The position numbers were made by a program, and so were the translations under genes. Shown piece after piece: positions 1 through 8,261 of a stretch of DNA of 40,004 nt. The number at the start of each line of letters is the position of its first letter. Position 1 is the first letter of the stretch. The stretch is from positions 1-40,004 of the forward strand of contig DCWL01000002.1 in NCBI GenBank assembly GCA_002327585.1. The letters run 5' to 3'. The stretch comes from Candidatus Phycocordibacter aenigmaticus (GTDB taxonomy: Bacteria > Patescibacteriota > Minisyncoccia > Phycocordibacterales > UBA2163). The notes beneath the pieces are model-generated. The model had not been told where the DNA came from. It saw only the letters and a program-made list of their open reading frames with translations, and ran no database searches.

Positions 1-26
1 TTCTAACATCGTCCAGTGAGTGGAGC
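1..26 (+). repeat. 26-bp direct repeat copy 1 (may extend left of window), tRNA-3'-end-like
   Basis: TTCTAACATCGTCCAGTGAGTGGAGC, identical to 395-420. Confidence 0.9.
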
Positions 27-55
27 TTGACAAGTATTATTATATATGGTACAAT
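27..55 (+). promoter_or_regulatory. sigma70 promoter of orphan ORF 100-288
   Basis: TTGACA(27-32)-17 bp-TACAAT(50-55), with TG extension. Confidence 0.8.
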
Positions 56-99
56 AGACGAAACCTTAAAATGTATAACCTTTATAAGGAGAGTGGAAG

Positions 100-288
100 A
101 TGACTGTAAAAAAGATAGAAGAAGATGGAAAAGTTAGATACGTAAAAACTGATGAAAGTGGAAATGAGATAGCAAAGCTCGGAATGGTTGGTGGTCCTCT
201 TACAGGTTGGCCTTACTGGTTTTATCCAGACGGCAAATCAGTAGATGCTGAGCTCCATGAGCTTAGTGAACTCGGACTTGCCATGTAA
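100..288 (+). CDS. small hypothetical protein (62 aa)
   Basis: ORF with SD AGGAG at 87-91, own promoter and terminator; family not recognised. Confidence 0.7.
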   Translation: MTVKKIEEDGKVRYVKTDESGNEIAKLGMVGGPLTGWPYWFYPDGKSVDAELHELSELGLAM

Positions 289-320
289 ATGAACATTTTC
301 CAGAAAGTAAGCTTTGTTTA

Positions 321-358
321 AATAGGGATTGGTATTATGCCAGTCCCTATTATTTTTT
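321..358 (+). terminator. intrinsic terminator
   Basis: AATAGGGATTGGTA-tta-TGCCAGTCCCTATT followed by T run. Confidence 0.75.
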
Positions 359-394
359 CTAAATCTTCCTTTATACTTCCCTACCCCAAACAGG

Positions 395-420
395 TTCTAA
401 CATCGTCCAGTGAGTGGAGC
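395..420 (+). repeat. 26-bp direct repeat copy 2, followed by CA (…GGAGCCA)
   Basis: Identical to 1-26. Confidence 0.9.
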
Positions 421-481
421 CACAATTTGTAGCGATAAGACTTCTTTTATTCTATAATAATCTATATGAAGTTAAAGATAT

Positions 482-1819
482 ATGAATAAAGATTTACAAA
501 AAAAATTGTTGCCAATACTTATAATCATAATCATTGTTGTTGGCGGTGTTTTGTTTTTAAAAAATAAGACGAATGACAGTATAGCAGACCTCAACATACC
601 TCCTGGTTTAGATGGCGCATTTGTTCAAGAAGATGGAAGCGTAAAAACGACAGCCGGAGACAATGCAGGCGGTGCGCGTGTTATGCCCGACGGAACAGTG
701 GTGCTTGGGAGTGGCGAGACAATTCCTGGAGCACATGTAATGCCTGACGGCACGGTGATGCTTGTGCAAAAGATGGAAGATTCTGTTCTGCCAACAAAAA
801 GACACACGGATCGTGTTGGTGACTTACCGTATGTATTTAAAGATGGGGCAAAAGAATTTCATATAACCATAGACGATATCATGTGGGAATACGCTGACGG
901 GAAAAGTGTGCATGCATGGGGATATAATGGGCAAATACCCGGCCCGACAATTCGCGTGGATGAAGGCGACAAGGTAAGAGTTGTTGTCATGAATCATCTT
1001 ACTTATGACAAGGGCACTACTATTCACTGGCATGGTGTGCGTATGCCTGAAAACAGCTCAGACGGTGTGCCTGGTCTAGATCAGTACCCAATATTACCGG
1101 GAGAAACTTTTGTGTATGAATTTACTGCGGTAAATGCAGGTACGCACTTTTATCACACACATGGTTCGTCGCACGTAGATATTGCCTTGCAGGATGACAT
1201 GGGGCTTCACGGGCCTCTTATTATTGAGCCGAAAAATAGATTCGATGAACGACATACGTCTAATTATGATAGAGAGTACATTTTTATGCTTGATGAATGG
1301 GCTGTTGGGGATGAAGGAATGAACCATGCCATACATCTGGTCGGGGATGACGGTAGCCATGTCCACCAAGAAGCAAATGTCTTTACGATAAATGGTAGGA
1401 TTTTTCCCGACAATCTTGAAGAGGGAACTCTGTGGGTGAAAGAAGGAGACAAAGTTATTGTCAGACTTGTAAACAATGGAAGTGAAGCGGTACACCCAAT
1501 GCATACACATGGACACTCGTTTAAAGTTATAGCAATTGACGGCGAGCTAGTTCCAAGGTCTGCACAGCAATCAATGGATACAATTACCTTACACCCAGGA
1601 GAAAGAAGAGATCTTGTGATAGAGGCCAATAATCCTGGTGTATGGCTCTTTCATTGCCACAATGTTCACCACGCGTCAGTTGGTATGATAATGGCTTTCT
1701 TTTATGAAGGGCACGAGCCGTGTTGTCTGGAGGAGAAAGGACCTGAAGAAATTATACAGATGATAGACACCGATGACGAGTATGCGCCAGACACGCCTGA
1801 TGACCACGAGCATAATTAG
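482..1819 (+). CDS. membrane-anchored two-domain multicopper oxidase
   Basis: Cu motifs HWHG, YHTH, HPMHTHGH, HCHNVHHASVGM; N-terminal TM helix; MPDGTV repeats. Confidence 0.88.
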   Translation: MNKDLQKKLLPILIIIIIVVGGVLFLKNKTNDSIADLNIPPGLDGAFVQEDGSVKTTAGDNAGGARVMPDGTVVLGSGETIPGAHVMPDGTVMLVQKMEDSVLPTKRHTDRVGDLPYVFKDGAKEFHITIDDIMWEYADGKSVHAWGYNGQIPGPTIRVDEGDKVRVVVMNHLTYDKGTTIHWHGVRMPENSSDGVPGLDQYPILPGETFVYEFTAVNAGTHFYHTHGSSHVDIALQDDMGLHGPLIIEPKNRFDERHTSNYDREYIFMLDEWAVGDEGMNHAIHLVGDDGSHVHQEANVFTINGRIFPDNLEEGTLWVKEGDKVIVRLVNNGSEAVHPMHTHGHSFKVIAIDGELVPRSAQQSMDTITLHPGERRDLVIEANNPGVWLFHCHNVHHASVGMIMAFFYEGHEPCCLEEKGPEEIIQMIDTDDEYAPDTPDDHEHN

Positions 1820-1838
1820 CATATGATATAATATAATT

Positions 1839-2426
1839 ATGAAGCTCTCGCATGTGTTATTTTTCATAATCATTATTGCACTTATTGCAGTTGTGGTTGC
1901 TATTATGAGCACATCATCTGTTGAGATTAAGGGCACAGGCGAAGAGGAAAATATTATAAATAATCAGGAATTATCTATGGGTACATTAAAACTTACAAGC
2001 TCGTCTTTTAAGCACAATGGAGAAATCCCACCAAAGTACACTTGTGACGGAGAAGGGGTCAGTCCCGCACTTTTTATAAGCGAAGTTGACCCAAATGCAA
2101 AGTCACTTGTCTTGATAATGGATGATCCTGATGCTCCCACCGGAACATGGAATCATTGGATAAAATTCAACATTTCAACTTCAACAACCGAAATAAAAGA
2201 AGGGGAAGAGCCAGATGGAGTCTCGGGTGTTGGCACATCAGGGAACAGAGATTATCATGGCCCATGCCCTCCGGATAGACAGCACAGATACTTTTTCAAG
2301 CTTTTCTCTCTTGATACAGAACTTGATTTGGGAGAAGGCGCGACAAAGAAACAAGTAGAAGAAGCGATGGAAGGGCATATACTTGAGCAAACAGAACTTG
2401 TAGGAGTATACGAGAGGAATCAATAA
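1839..2426 (+). CDS. YbhB/YbcL family (PEBP/Raf-kinase-inhibitor-like) protein with N-terminal TM
   Basis: YTCDG, MDDPDAP..WNHW, GPCPP..HRYFF motifs. Confidence 0.9.
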   Translation: MKLSHVLFFIIIIALIAVVVAIMSTSSVEIKGTGEEENIINNQELSMGTLKLTSSSFKHNGEIPPKYTCDGEGVSPALFISEVDPNAKSLVLIMDDPDAPTGTWNHWIKFNISTSTTEIKEGEEPDGVSGVGTSGNRDYHGPCPPDRQHRYFFKLFSLDTELDLGEGATKKQVEEAMEGHILEQTELVGVYERNQ

Positions 2427-2433
2427 TCAATAT

Positions 2434-2808
2434 ATGGCAAGAAGAAATATAAAGACCACAAACATTGAATTTACACAGGAGATTTCCGATTACTTAGATA
2501 AAAGACTGCAATCTGCCCAAAAACTGATTGATCCAAACGACACAAGTGTGCTCTTTGATATTGAGATAGGAAAAACTACCAAGCATCACCAAAGTGGGAA
2601 CATCTTCAGAGCTGAAATCAATCTTCATATTGCGGGAAAGCAAATGAGGGTATCATCAGAAGAGGCAACGATTTTCAATGCAATTGACAAGGTTGAAAAG
2701 GAGATTGTGCGGGAACTCCGCAGATTTAAGGGCAAACGTCTTCGCTTTATAAGAAAAGGCGGAGCTAAATTGAAAAATCTAATGCGTGCAATTTATCCCC
2801 GCAGGTAA
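2434..2808 (+). CDS. raiA: ribosome hibernation factor HPF/RaiA
   Basis: NIKTTNIEFT..ISDYLDKRL; FRAEINL; AIDKVEKEIVRELRRFK. Confidence 0.85.
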   Translation: MARRNIKTTNIEFTQEISDYLDKRLQSAQKLIDPNDTSVLFDIEIGKTTKHHQSGNIFRAEINLHIAGKQMRVSSEEATIFNAIDKVEKEIVRELRRFKGKRLRFIRKGGAKLKNLMRAIYPRR

Positions 2809-3668
2809 TCTTCATAATCCATCTCCTTTTTACCCTCTGGAATAACTTTTTTTATTTTTAGTTTATTATCCTCAATTTCTGCGTCAGTTATTTTGACGCG
2901 TATTTTTTTGCCGTTTCGATTCACTAAAAAATATACACCAGGCCACTCATCAAATGCACGAATCTTCAAAAGATTTTGATAAGGATCACCGTCCAGTTCA
3001 ATAAGCCCGTCTTCCTTTTTGATTTTTTTTGTGAATGTAGCTTGGCTTTCATCCTGCACCTCTGGCTTTATTTTCCCTGCGATCCACTTTGGAATTACTT
3101 CGGCAAGCAATTTGCCGCCCTCTGTGAAGAGGATTTCTTCAAGTTCGCTTGCCTTCGGAGGCCAGCTTGCGCTGGCAGACCACGATTCCAGTTCAATGCT
3201 GGCTTGTGCGAGAATTGACCCATGGTCCACTTTCTCGTCAACAAGCATAATCGTAACTCCTGTTTTTTTCTCGTCCCCAAGTATTGCGGATATTATAGGA
3301 GAGGCACCTCGCAGTTTAGGCAAGAGAGAGGGATGTACATTTAGCATTCCATATTTTGGAATATCAAGAATTTCTTTTGGCAATATTTTTCCGTATGAGG
3401 CAGTTACAAACAAATCAAAATTTTCTTCACGTAGGAAATCCAAGAAACTTTTATCAAATTCTTCTGGTTGTACAAAGTTTACTATATTTTTTTCCGCCCA
3501 TATTCCTACCGGTGGGGAAGTTACAATAAGATTTCTACCCTTTGGCTTGTCGGGCGATGTTACGACTAAGTTCGGAGTTAATCCCGCCTTTTTTAATTTT
3601 TCAAGGACTACTGTGGAACTCCTTGAGGTTCCAAAGAATGCAATTTTTGGCTTATTTTTTCGTATCAT
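2793..3668 (-). CDS. fmt: methionyl-tRNA formyltransferase
   Basis: FFGT, PDKPKGR, NVHPSLLPKLRGASPI. Confidence 0.95.
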   Translation of the reverse strand: MIRKNKPKIAFFGTSRSSTVVLEKLKKAGLTPNLVVTSPDKPKGRNLIVTSPPVGIWAEKNIVNFVQPEEFDKSFLDFLREENFDLFVTASYGKILPKEILDIPKYGMLNVHPSLLPKLRGASPIISAILGDEKKTGVTIMLVDEKVDHGSILAQASIELESWSASASWPPKASELEEILFTEGGKLLAEVIPKWIAGKIKPEVQDESQATFTKKIKKEDGLIELDGDPYQNLLKIRAFDEWPGVYFLVNRNGKKIRVKITDAEIEDNKLKIKKVIPEGKKEMDYEDYLRG

Positions 3669-4155
3669 GAATGTTTTTCGCTCTATCTATAAAGAGAACT
3701 CCGTCCAGATGGTCCATTTCATGCTGAAAAATTTTCGCCAAGAGCCCGCTTCCACCACGCTCAAATATTTTTCCATTTTCATCATACGCGCGAACAGTGG
3801 CTTTCTTTGCTCGTTTTGTAGTTCCATATTTACCGCGTACAGAAAGACATCCCTCCTCATGAGATTCTTTATTCTTTGAGAATTTTGTAATTGTCGGATT
3901 TATGAATACAAGATCTGGAAGTGATGAAGAAATTTCACTTTCTCCATGGTCAAACAATTTTCCGGACACTATGAAAATGCGGAGTGGCACTCCGATTTGC
4001 GGTGCGGCTATTGCAACTCCATCTTTCTGTTTTTCAAGTGTTTTTGACATATCTTTGAGAACTTTCTTTACTTCAGCGGATTGTATTTTTCCAATCGGTA
4101 TTTCCTTTGCCTTATCTCTTAAAATAGGGTCTCCATCTTGAACTATTTTTTCCAT
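3652..4155 (-). CDS. def: peptide deformylase
   Basis: GVAIAAPQIG, EGCLS, QHEMDHLDG. Confidence 0.96.
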   Translation of the reverse strand: MEKIVQDGDPILRDKAKEIPIGKIQSAEVKKVLKDMSKTLEKQKDGVAIAAPQIGVPLRIFIVSGKLFDHGESEISSSLPDLVFINPTITKFSKNKESHEEGCLSVRGKYGTTKRAKKATVRAYDENGKIFERGGSGLLAKIFQHEMDHLDGVLFIDRAKNIHDTKK

Positions 4156-4183
4156 TTTTCAATAATAGCTTAAAAATAAGCAT

Positions 4184-4227
4184 AAAAAAACCCCCGCTAT
4201 AATGAAGGGTAAAAAATAAGCGGGGGG
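4184..4227 (-). terminator. intrinsic terminator downstream of priA
   Basis: CCCCCGCT..AGCGGGGG stem with A7 on + strand. Confidence 0.75.
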
Positions 4228-4277
4228 TCTTGCCGAAGGCCAGAAAGGAGAACAAAAGAGACCTATCGACAACACTA
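4184..4277 (-). ncRNA. putative small RNA carrying an anti-Shine-Dalgarno tract, ending in an intrinsic terminator
   Basis: TG-T-TATAAT overlapping priA stop (4283-4291); UUGUUCUCCUUUCU tract; CCCCCGCU/AGCGGGGG stem followed by U7. Could simply be the priA 3' UTR. Confidence 0.45.
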
Positions 4278-4283
4278 TTTTAA

Positions 4284-6176
4284 TTATAACAAACTTTCAG
4301 GGTCAACATCAATAAAGAAATACGGAGGCAAGGAACACAAGATTTCTACCATTTCATTGTCTGGCCATTTGCCTCTGCCAATTCTTAAAAGTCCGTACAT
4401 TGCGAATTTCCTTCCCGCTATTTTTACTAAAGACGGATATATTTGAATACCGTATTTTTTTAGAAGTTCTTTAGCGTATTTCATCTCTTTTAAGACGCGT
4501 TCCTGTGTTCCGACAACACTTATTTTTACAAAGGTATTAAATGGCGGATATCCGAATTGCTTTCTCTTTTTTATTTCATCTTTATAAAAATCGACAAGAT
4601 TACCTTTGGCGGCATATTCAAAAACTTTCTGGTTTGGCTTTCTTGTTTGTATAAGCATTTCCTTTTCTGTGATTTCTTTTACCTTCAAGAGGAGTGAAAG
4701 AATTTTTTCCGGCATTCTCCACTCGGGAAGTGAAAACAAAGAGTCAATTGATGCCACTGCACTGTATGTTACCGCTCTGTCAAGGTAGGAAAGCGCCATT
4801 TCTGTCCCCAAAAGGACAGCTCCTTCTGCTGTATAAAATTTTTCAACTACAGCACGAACCTGTTTGTGAGTTGAAGTTGCGTCTTTGTCAATTACAAATA
4901 TCTGATTTTCAGGAAATGCTTCCTTTAATTTTTTCTCTACAAGCTGTATTCCTATCCCAAGAGTTTCCAGTTTCCAACTTGCGCAAGTTTTGCATCTTTC
5001 GTTTGCGCTACGGGACGCTCCGCAAGCATGGCAGAGAAAACGATTTCCTTTTGAGGTATTGTGTAGCACTGCCGGTGCGTCACAGTTCTCGCAGAAAACC
5101 GCTGCACCGCAGTCACGGCAGATTGTTGAAGAGGAAAGTCCGCGGCGTGCGGCAAACACAAATACATTCTCTTTTTTCTCTATTGCACCGGAGATTAGGT
5201 TTTTTAATTCACTCCCTATGATTTCAAATCGGCCTGCCTTTTGGTATCTGATATTCTTCATATCAACTATTCTCTGGTTGGCACTCCTTACCGTACGGAG
5301 CTTCAAAGGAGAGAATTCGTCAAGATCGCCCTCCTGATATCTCCACATTGTTTCAATTTTTAAAGGCAAGTCACCGAAAATAATCTGTATTTTCCTGCTA
5401 TCCGCTAAGAATTCAGCAAACACTCTATGGTCTATAAACGGGCGATTGAACTGCTTATATACACGAGAGTTCTCGTGCTCTACGATAATCGTTCCGATGT
5501 CATCTCTTGGGATTGAGAGAAATGTCCCTGTAGCTATTATAAGTACGGGGTGCCCAGCTTTAAGCACATTTTTCCACTTTAAAATCTGCTCTTTTTTTGA
5601 TAGCGTGCCGTGTAAAACATATGTATGACTTTCTATCCCTTTTTTCAGGAATTCCTGTGCCTTTTCTGCATCATGCATTGTAGGCACCAGAAGAAACACG
5701 GACGATTGTCTTGCAAACTCCTCTCGTACTAAAGATTTATAGCTTGCAAAGCGATCTGCTATTTCAGACTGCAGTACAAGTTTTCCAGATGCTAACTGAC
5801 TTTGATGGACTTTTTTCGTTTTGGATACTTTGGTTTTTCCTATTTCATCCCAAACTGCGTTCGGGGTCATTGCTGCAAGCACTGCGCCTGTAGTTGTCGC
5901 GAAATACTCCGAGGCGGTTTGTGCGGCAGAGATAAATTCTGGCAAAAAAAGAGTTTGCGCATTTTTTGCATCAATCCTCTTTAGTGCAAAGCTCGCGCTT
6001 CTTATCTTTGCTTTTTCATTTTCAATGTTCTTTGAAGAGAGCACAATTCCTGGCACCATTTTTTTTCTCAGTGGTACGGAAATGACAAATCCTTCTTTTA
6101 TAGGGTTTGCGCTGTAGTAGGTAAGCACCTTTTTTCCTATACCTTTTGCTATTGGGATGACGTTAATAATCTGCAT
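4284..6176 (-). CDS. priA: primosomal protein N' (helicase motifs degenerate)
   Basis: N-terminal VPLRKK 3'-binding-like domain, four CxxC pairs, IQTRKP, GYPPF. Confidence 0.88.
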   Translation of the reverse strand: MQIINVIPIAKGIGKKVLTYYSANPIKEGFVISVPLRKKMVPGIVLSSKNIENEKAKIRSASFALKRIDAKNAQTLFLPEFISAAQTASEYFATTTGAVLAAMTPNAVWDEIGKTKVSKTKKVHQSQLASGKLVLQSEIADRFASYKSLVREEFARQSSVFLLVPTMHDAEKAQEFLKKGIESHTYVLHGTLSKKEQILKWKNVLKAGHPVLIIATGTFLSIPRDDIGTIIVEHENSRVYKQFNRPFIDHRVFAEFLADSRKIQIIFGDLPLKIETMWRYQEGDLDEFSPLKLRTVRSANQRIVDMKNIRYQKAGRFEIIGSELKNLISGAIEKKENVFVFAARRGLSSSTICRDCGAAVFCENCDAPAVLHNTSKGNRFLCHACGASRSANERCKTCASWKLETLGIGIQLVEKKLKEAFPENQIFVIDKDATSTHKQVRAVVEKFYTAEGAVLLGTEMALSYLDRAVTYSAVASIDSLFSLPEWRMPEKILSLLLKVKEITEKEMLIQTRKPNQKVFEYAAKGNLVDFYKDEIKKRKQFGYPPFNTFVKISVVGTQERVLKEMKYAKELLKKYGIQIYPSLVKIAGRKFAMYGLLRIGRGKWPDNEMVEILCSLPPYFFIDVDPESLL

Positions 6177-6283
6177 TACCTACAGCATACCAAAATCCAC
6201 CAAAACTCTCGTTCTTGACTCTTTTTTATTTGTGTTGTAATCTATCTTTATAAAATTTTGTTCTTTCTAGGAAGGGGAATATA

Positions 6284-6739
6284 ATGACAAAAAAATTGAC
6301 TTGGAAGCAAATCTTTAAAGATGACGAGTATAGTTACGGTGTAGATTATATTATTAATAGAAGAATGATAGAAAATACACACCGTGGCGCATTAACACGT
6401 GGATTTATTACAAAGTTGGAAAGAGAAGAAGAGGATATTGTTATTGAGTTTAGTCACATAAGATGCCTTAATTTCGCTACAGGCATGTGGGATGAAGCGC
6501 ACACTGATTTGTTTAAAATGAAACTGAAAATTGATGGATTTGTAGACCCATGTTTATTATATGACGGTCGAATAATTTTCAAATTTCTCAATGAAACAAA
6601 TACTCCGGATACATTCGAACCAGAAAAAAAAGAAGTATATGAGTTAAAATGGGAGTTTGGTTTTATTTTACCCGTAGATGAAGGTTTAGTTTCGTTAATT
6701 GACACTGGAATTCCAGCTGAATTATTTCATCTGAAATAA
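6284..6739 (+). CDS. hypothetical protein (151 aa), stand-alone cassette
   Basis: TTGACT-17-TAATCT (6215-6243), SD AGGAAGGGG, own terminator. Confidence 0.75.
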   Translation: MTKKLTWKQIFKDDEYSYGVDYIINRRMIENTHRGALTRGFITKLEREEEDIVIEFSHIRCLNFATGMWDEAHTDLFKMKLKIDGFVDPCLLYDGRIIFKFLNETNTPDTFEPEKKEVYELKWEFGFILPVDEGLVSLIDTGIPAELFHLK

Positions 6740-6755
6740 TTCAATCATGAAGATT

Positions 6756-6808
6756 ATTAACCACATTTTTTACTTGAAATTTTGAGCGAAAAATGTGGTT
6801 AATTTTTA
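6756..6808 (+). terminator. intrinsic terminator
   Basis: ATTAACCACATTTTT / AAAAATGTGGTTAAT perfect 15-bp inverted repeat plus T run. Confidence 0.7.
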
Positions 6809-6942
6809 TTCAATTACATACAATTATGCACCATACACAAAACTTTTATCTAAACCTATACTTACAATCGTGTTTATAGGTACAGGTTTGGTTTCAGATT
6901 TGAAAGTTTGTAAAAAGTCCTAAAAAGCCGTACAATTGTGTG

Positions 6943-8256
6943 ATGAAAACTGAAACTAAGGATAAATTTCTTATTAAAGGGCTTGGAGGGAAGAAGAAAC
7001 TAAAGGGTAAAATCGCTGTAAATGGGGCTAAAAATGCAGTTTTACCGGCTCTTGCGTCATCTATACTATTTAAAGATAAACTCTGTATATCAAATGTTCC
7101 GGATATAAAGGATGTAGAGAACATAAACGCGCTTCTCCAAAAACTCGGAGCCGACGTAAAGAAGGCAGAAAAGAAAAAATATTGTATTACTGCGAATAAA
7201 ATAAAATTAACATCTTTAGATAGAGATATTTCAAAGAAGATGCGCGGTTCAATCGTGCTTTCAGGCCCCCTGCTTGCCCGTTTTGGGAAAGTTTCCTTTC
7301 CGCATCCGGGCGGATGTGTTATCGGCGCAAGGCCAATAGACGCATTTCTTGATGGTTTCAAAAAAATGGGAGCAAAAGTGAAAAAAGAAAAAGAATTTTA
7401 TAATATATCTATTGGTAAAAATAAAAAACTTAAAGGTGCAGATATTTTTCTTAATAAAATGAGCGTGACAGTCACGGAAACGCTAATACTCGCGGGAGTA
7501 CTTGCCAAAGGCAAAACCGTTATTGGAAATGCGGCAATGGAGCCGGAAATAAAAGATATTGCAGATTTTCTCAACTCATGTGGGGCGAAAATAAAAGGCG
7601 CGGGCACTTCAACGGTTGAAATAACGGGCGGAGATCTTTTGAAAGCTGGAAAAAAAGTTTATAAAACTTTACCCGACAGGATAGAAGCCGGAAGTTTTTT
7701 AATACTTGGCGCGCTTGCGGGAGATGATTTGGAGATAACAAACTGCAATCCGGGGCATATAAAAATTTTGATAAATATGCTAAAAGATTCAGGTGTCCCG
7801 ATAATTGAAAGGAAGAACAAAATAATTATAAAAAGAAATGGAAGGATGAAGAATAAAAATTTTAAGTGTGTTGATATAAAGACGCACGAATATCCAGGAT
7901 TTCCTACTGACTTACAGTCGCCAATGGCGGTATATCTGACACAAATTAGCGGAGAAAATTTGTTGTTTGAAACGATTTTTGAAGGGCGACTCAATTACAC
8001 AAGCGATTTGGTGAAAATGGGAGCTGATATAACTATGTGGGATCCACACAGAATAATGATAAAAGGGCCCACACTTCTTCGAGGCAAAGAGCTTGTTGGT
8101 CCTGATCTTCGTGCAGAATTCGCGTTCTTTATGGCAGCAATTATTGCTAAAGGTGAATCTGTGATAAATAATGTACAATACATTGGCCGCGGATATGAGA
8201 GGATTGAGGAGAGATTAAGAGGAATAGGGGTTGATATAAAAAGAGTTAAAAATTAG
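6943..8256 (+). CDS. murA: UDP-N-acetylglucosamine 1-carboxyvinyltransferase (start may be GTG 6940)
   Basis: GAKNAVLP, PGGCVIGARP, PDRIEAG, YPGFPTDLQ, RGYE. Confidence 0.96.
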   Translation: MKTETKDKFLIKGLGGKKKLKGKIAVNGAKNAVLPALASSILFKDKLCISNVPDIKDVENINALLQKLGADVKKAEKKKYCITANKIKLTSLDRDISKKMRGSIVLSGPLLARFGKVSFPHPGGCVIGARPIDAFLDGFKKMGAKVKKEKEFYNISIGKNKKLKGADIFLNKMSVTVTETLILAGVLAKGKTVIGNAAMEPEIKDIADFLNSCGAKIKGAGTSTVEITGGDLLKAGKKVYKTLPDRIEAGSFLILGALAGDDLEITNCNPGHIKILINMLKDSGVPIIERKNKIIIKRNGRMKNKNFKCVDIKTHEYPGFPTDLQSPMAVYLTQISGENLLFETIFEGRLNYTSDLVKMGADITMWDPHRIMIKGPTLLRGKELVGPDLRAEFAFFMAAIIAKGESVINNVQYIGRGYERIEERLRGIGVDIKRVKN

Positions 8257-8261
8257 ATATT

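Noticed and set aside
1-420. The two 26-bp repeats as a CRISPR array
   Set aside because: Only two copies, a 368-bp spacer containing a gene, and no cas genes.
391-422. Intact tRNA gene at repeat copy 2
   Set aside because: No D or anticodon arm upstream and the T-loop is disrupted; only a 3'-end fragment is present.
3916-3942. Weak inverted repeat in the def variable loop (GGAAGTGA…TCACTTTC)
   Set aside because: Short, imperfect and AT-rich; the loop is naturally variable.
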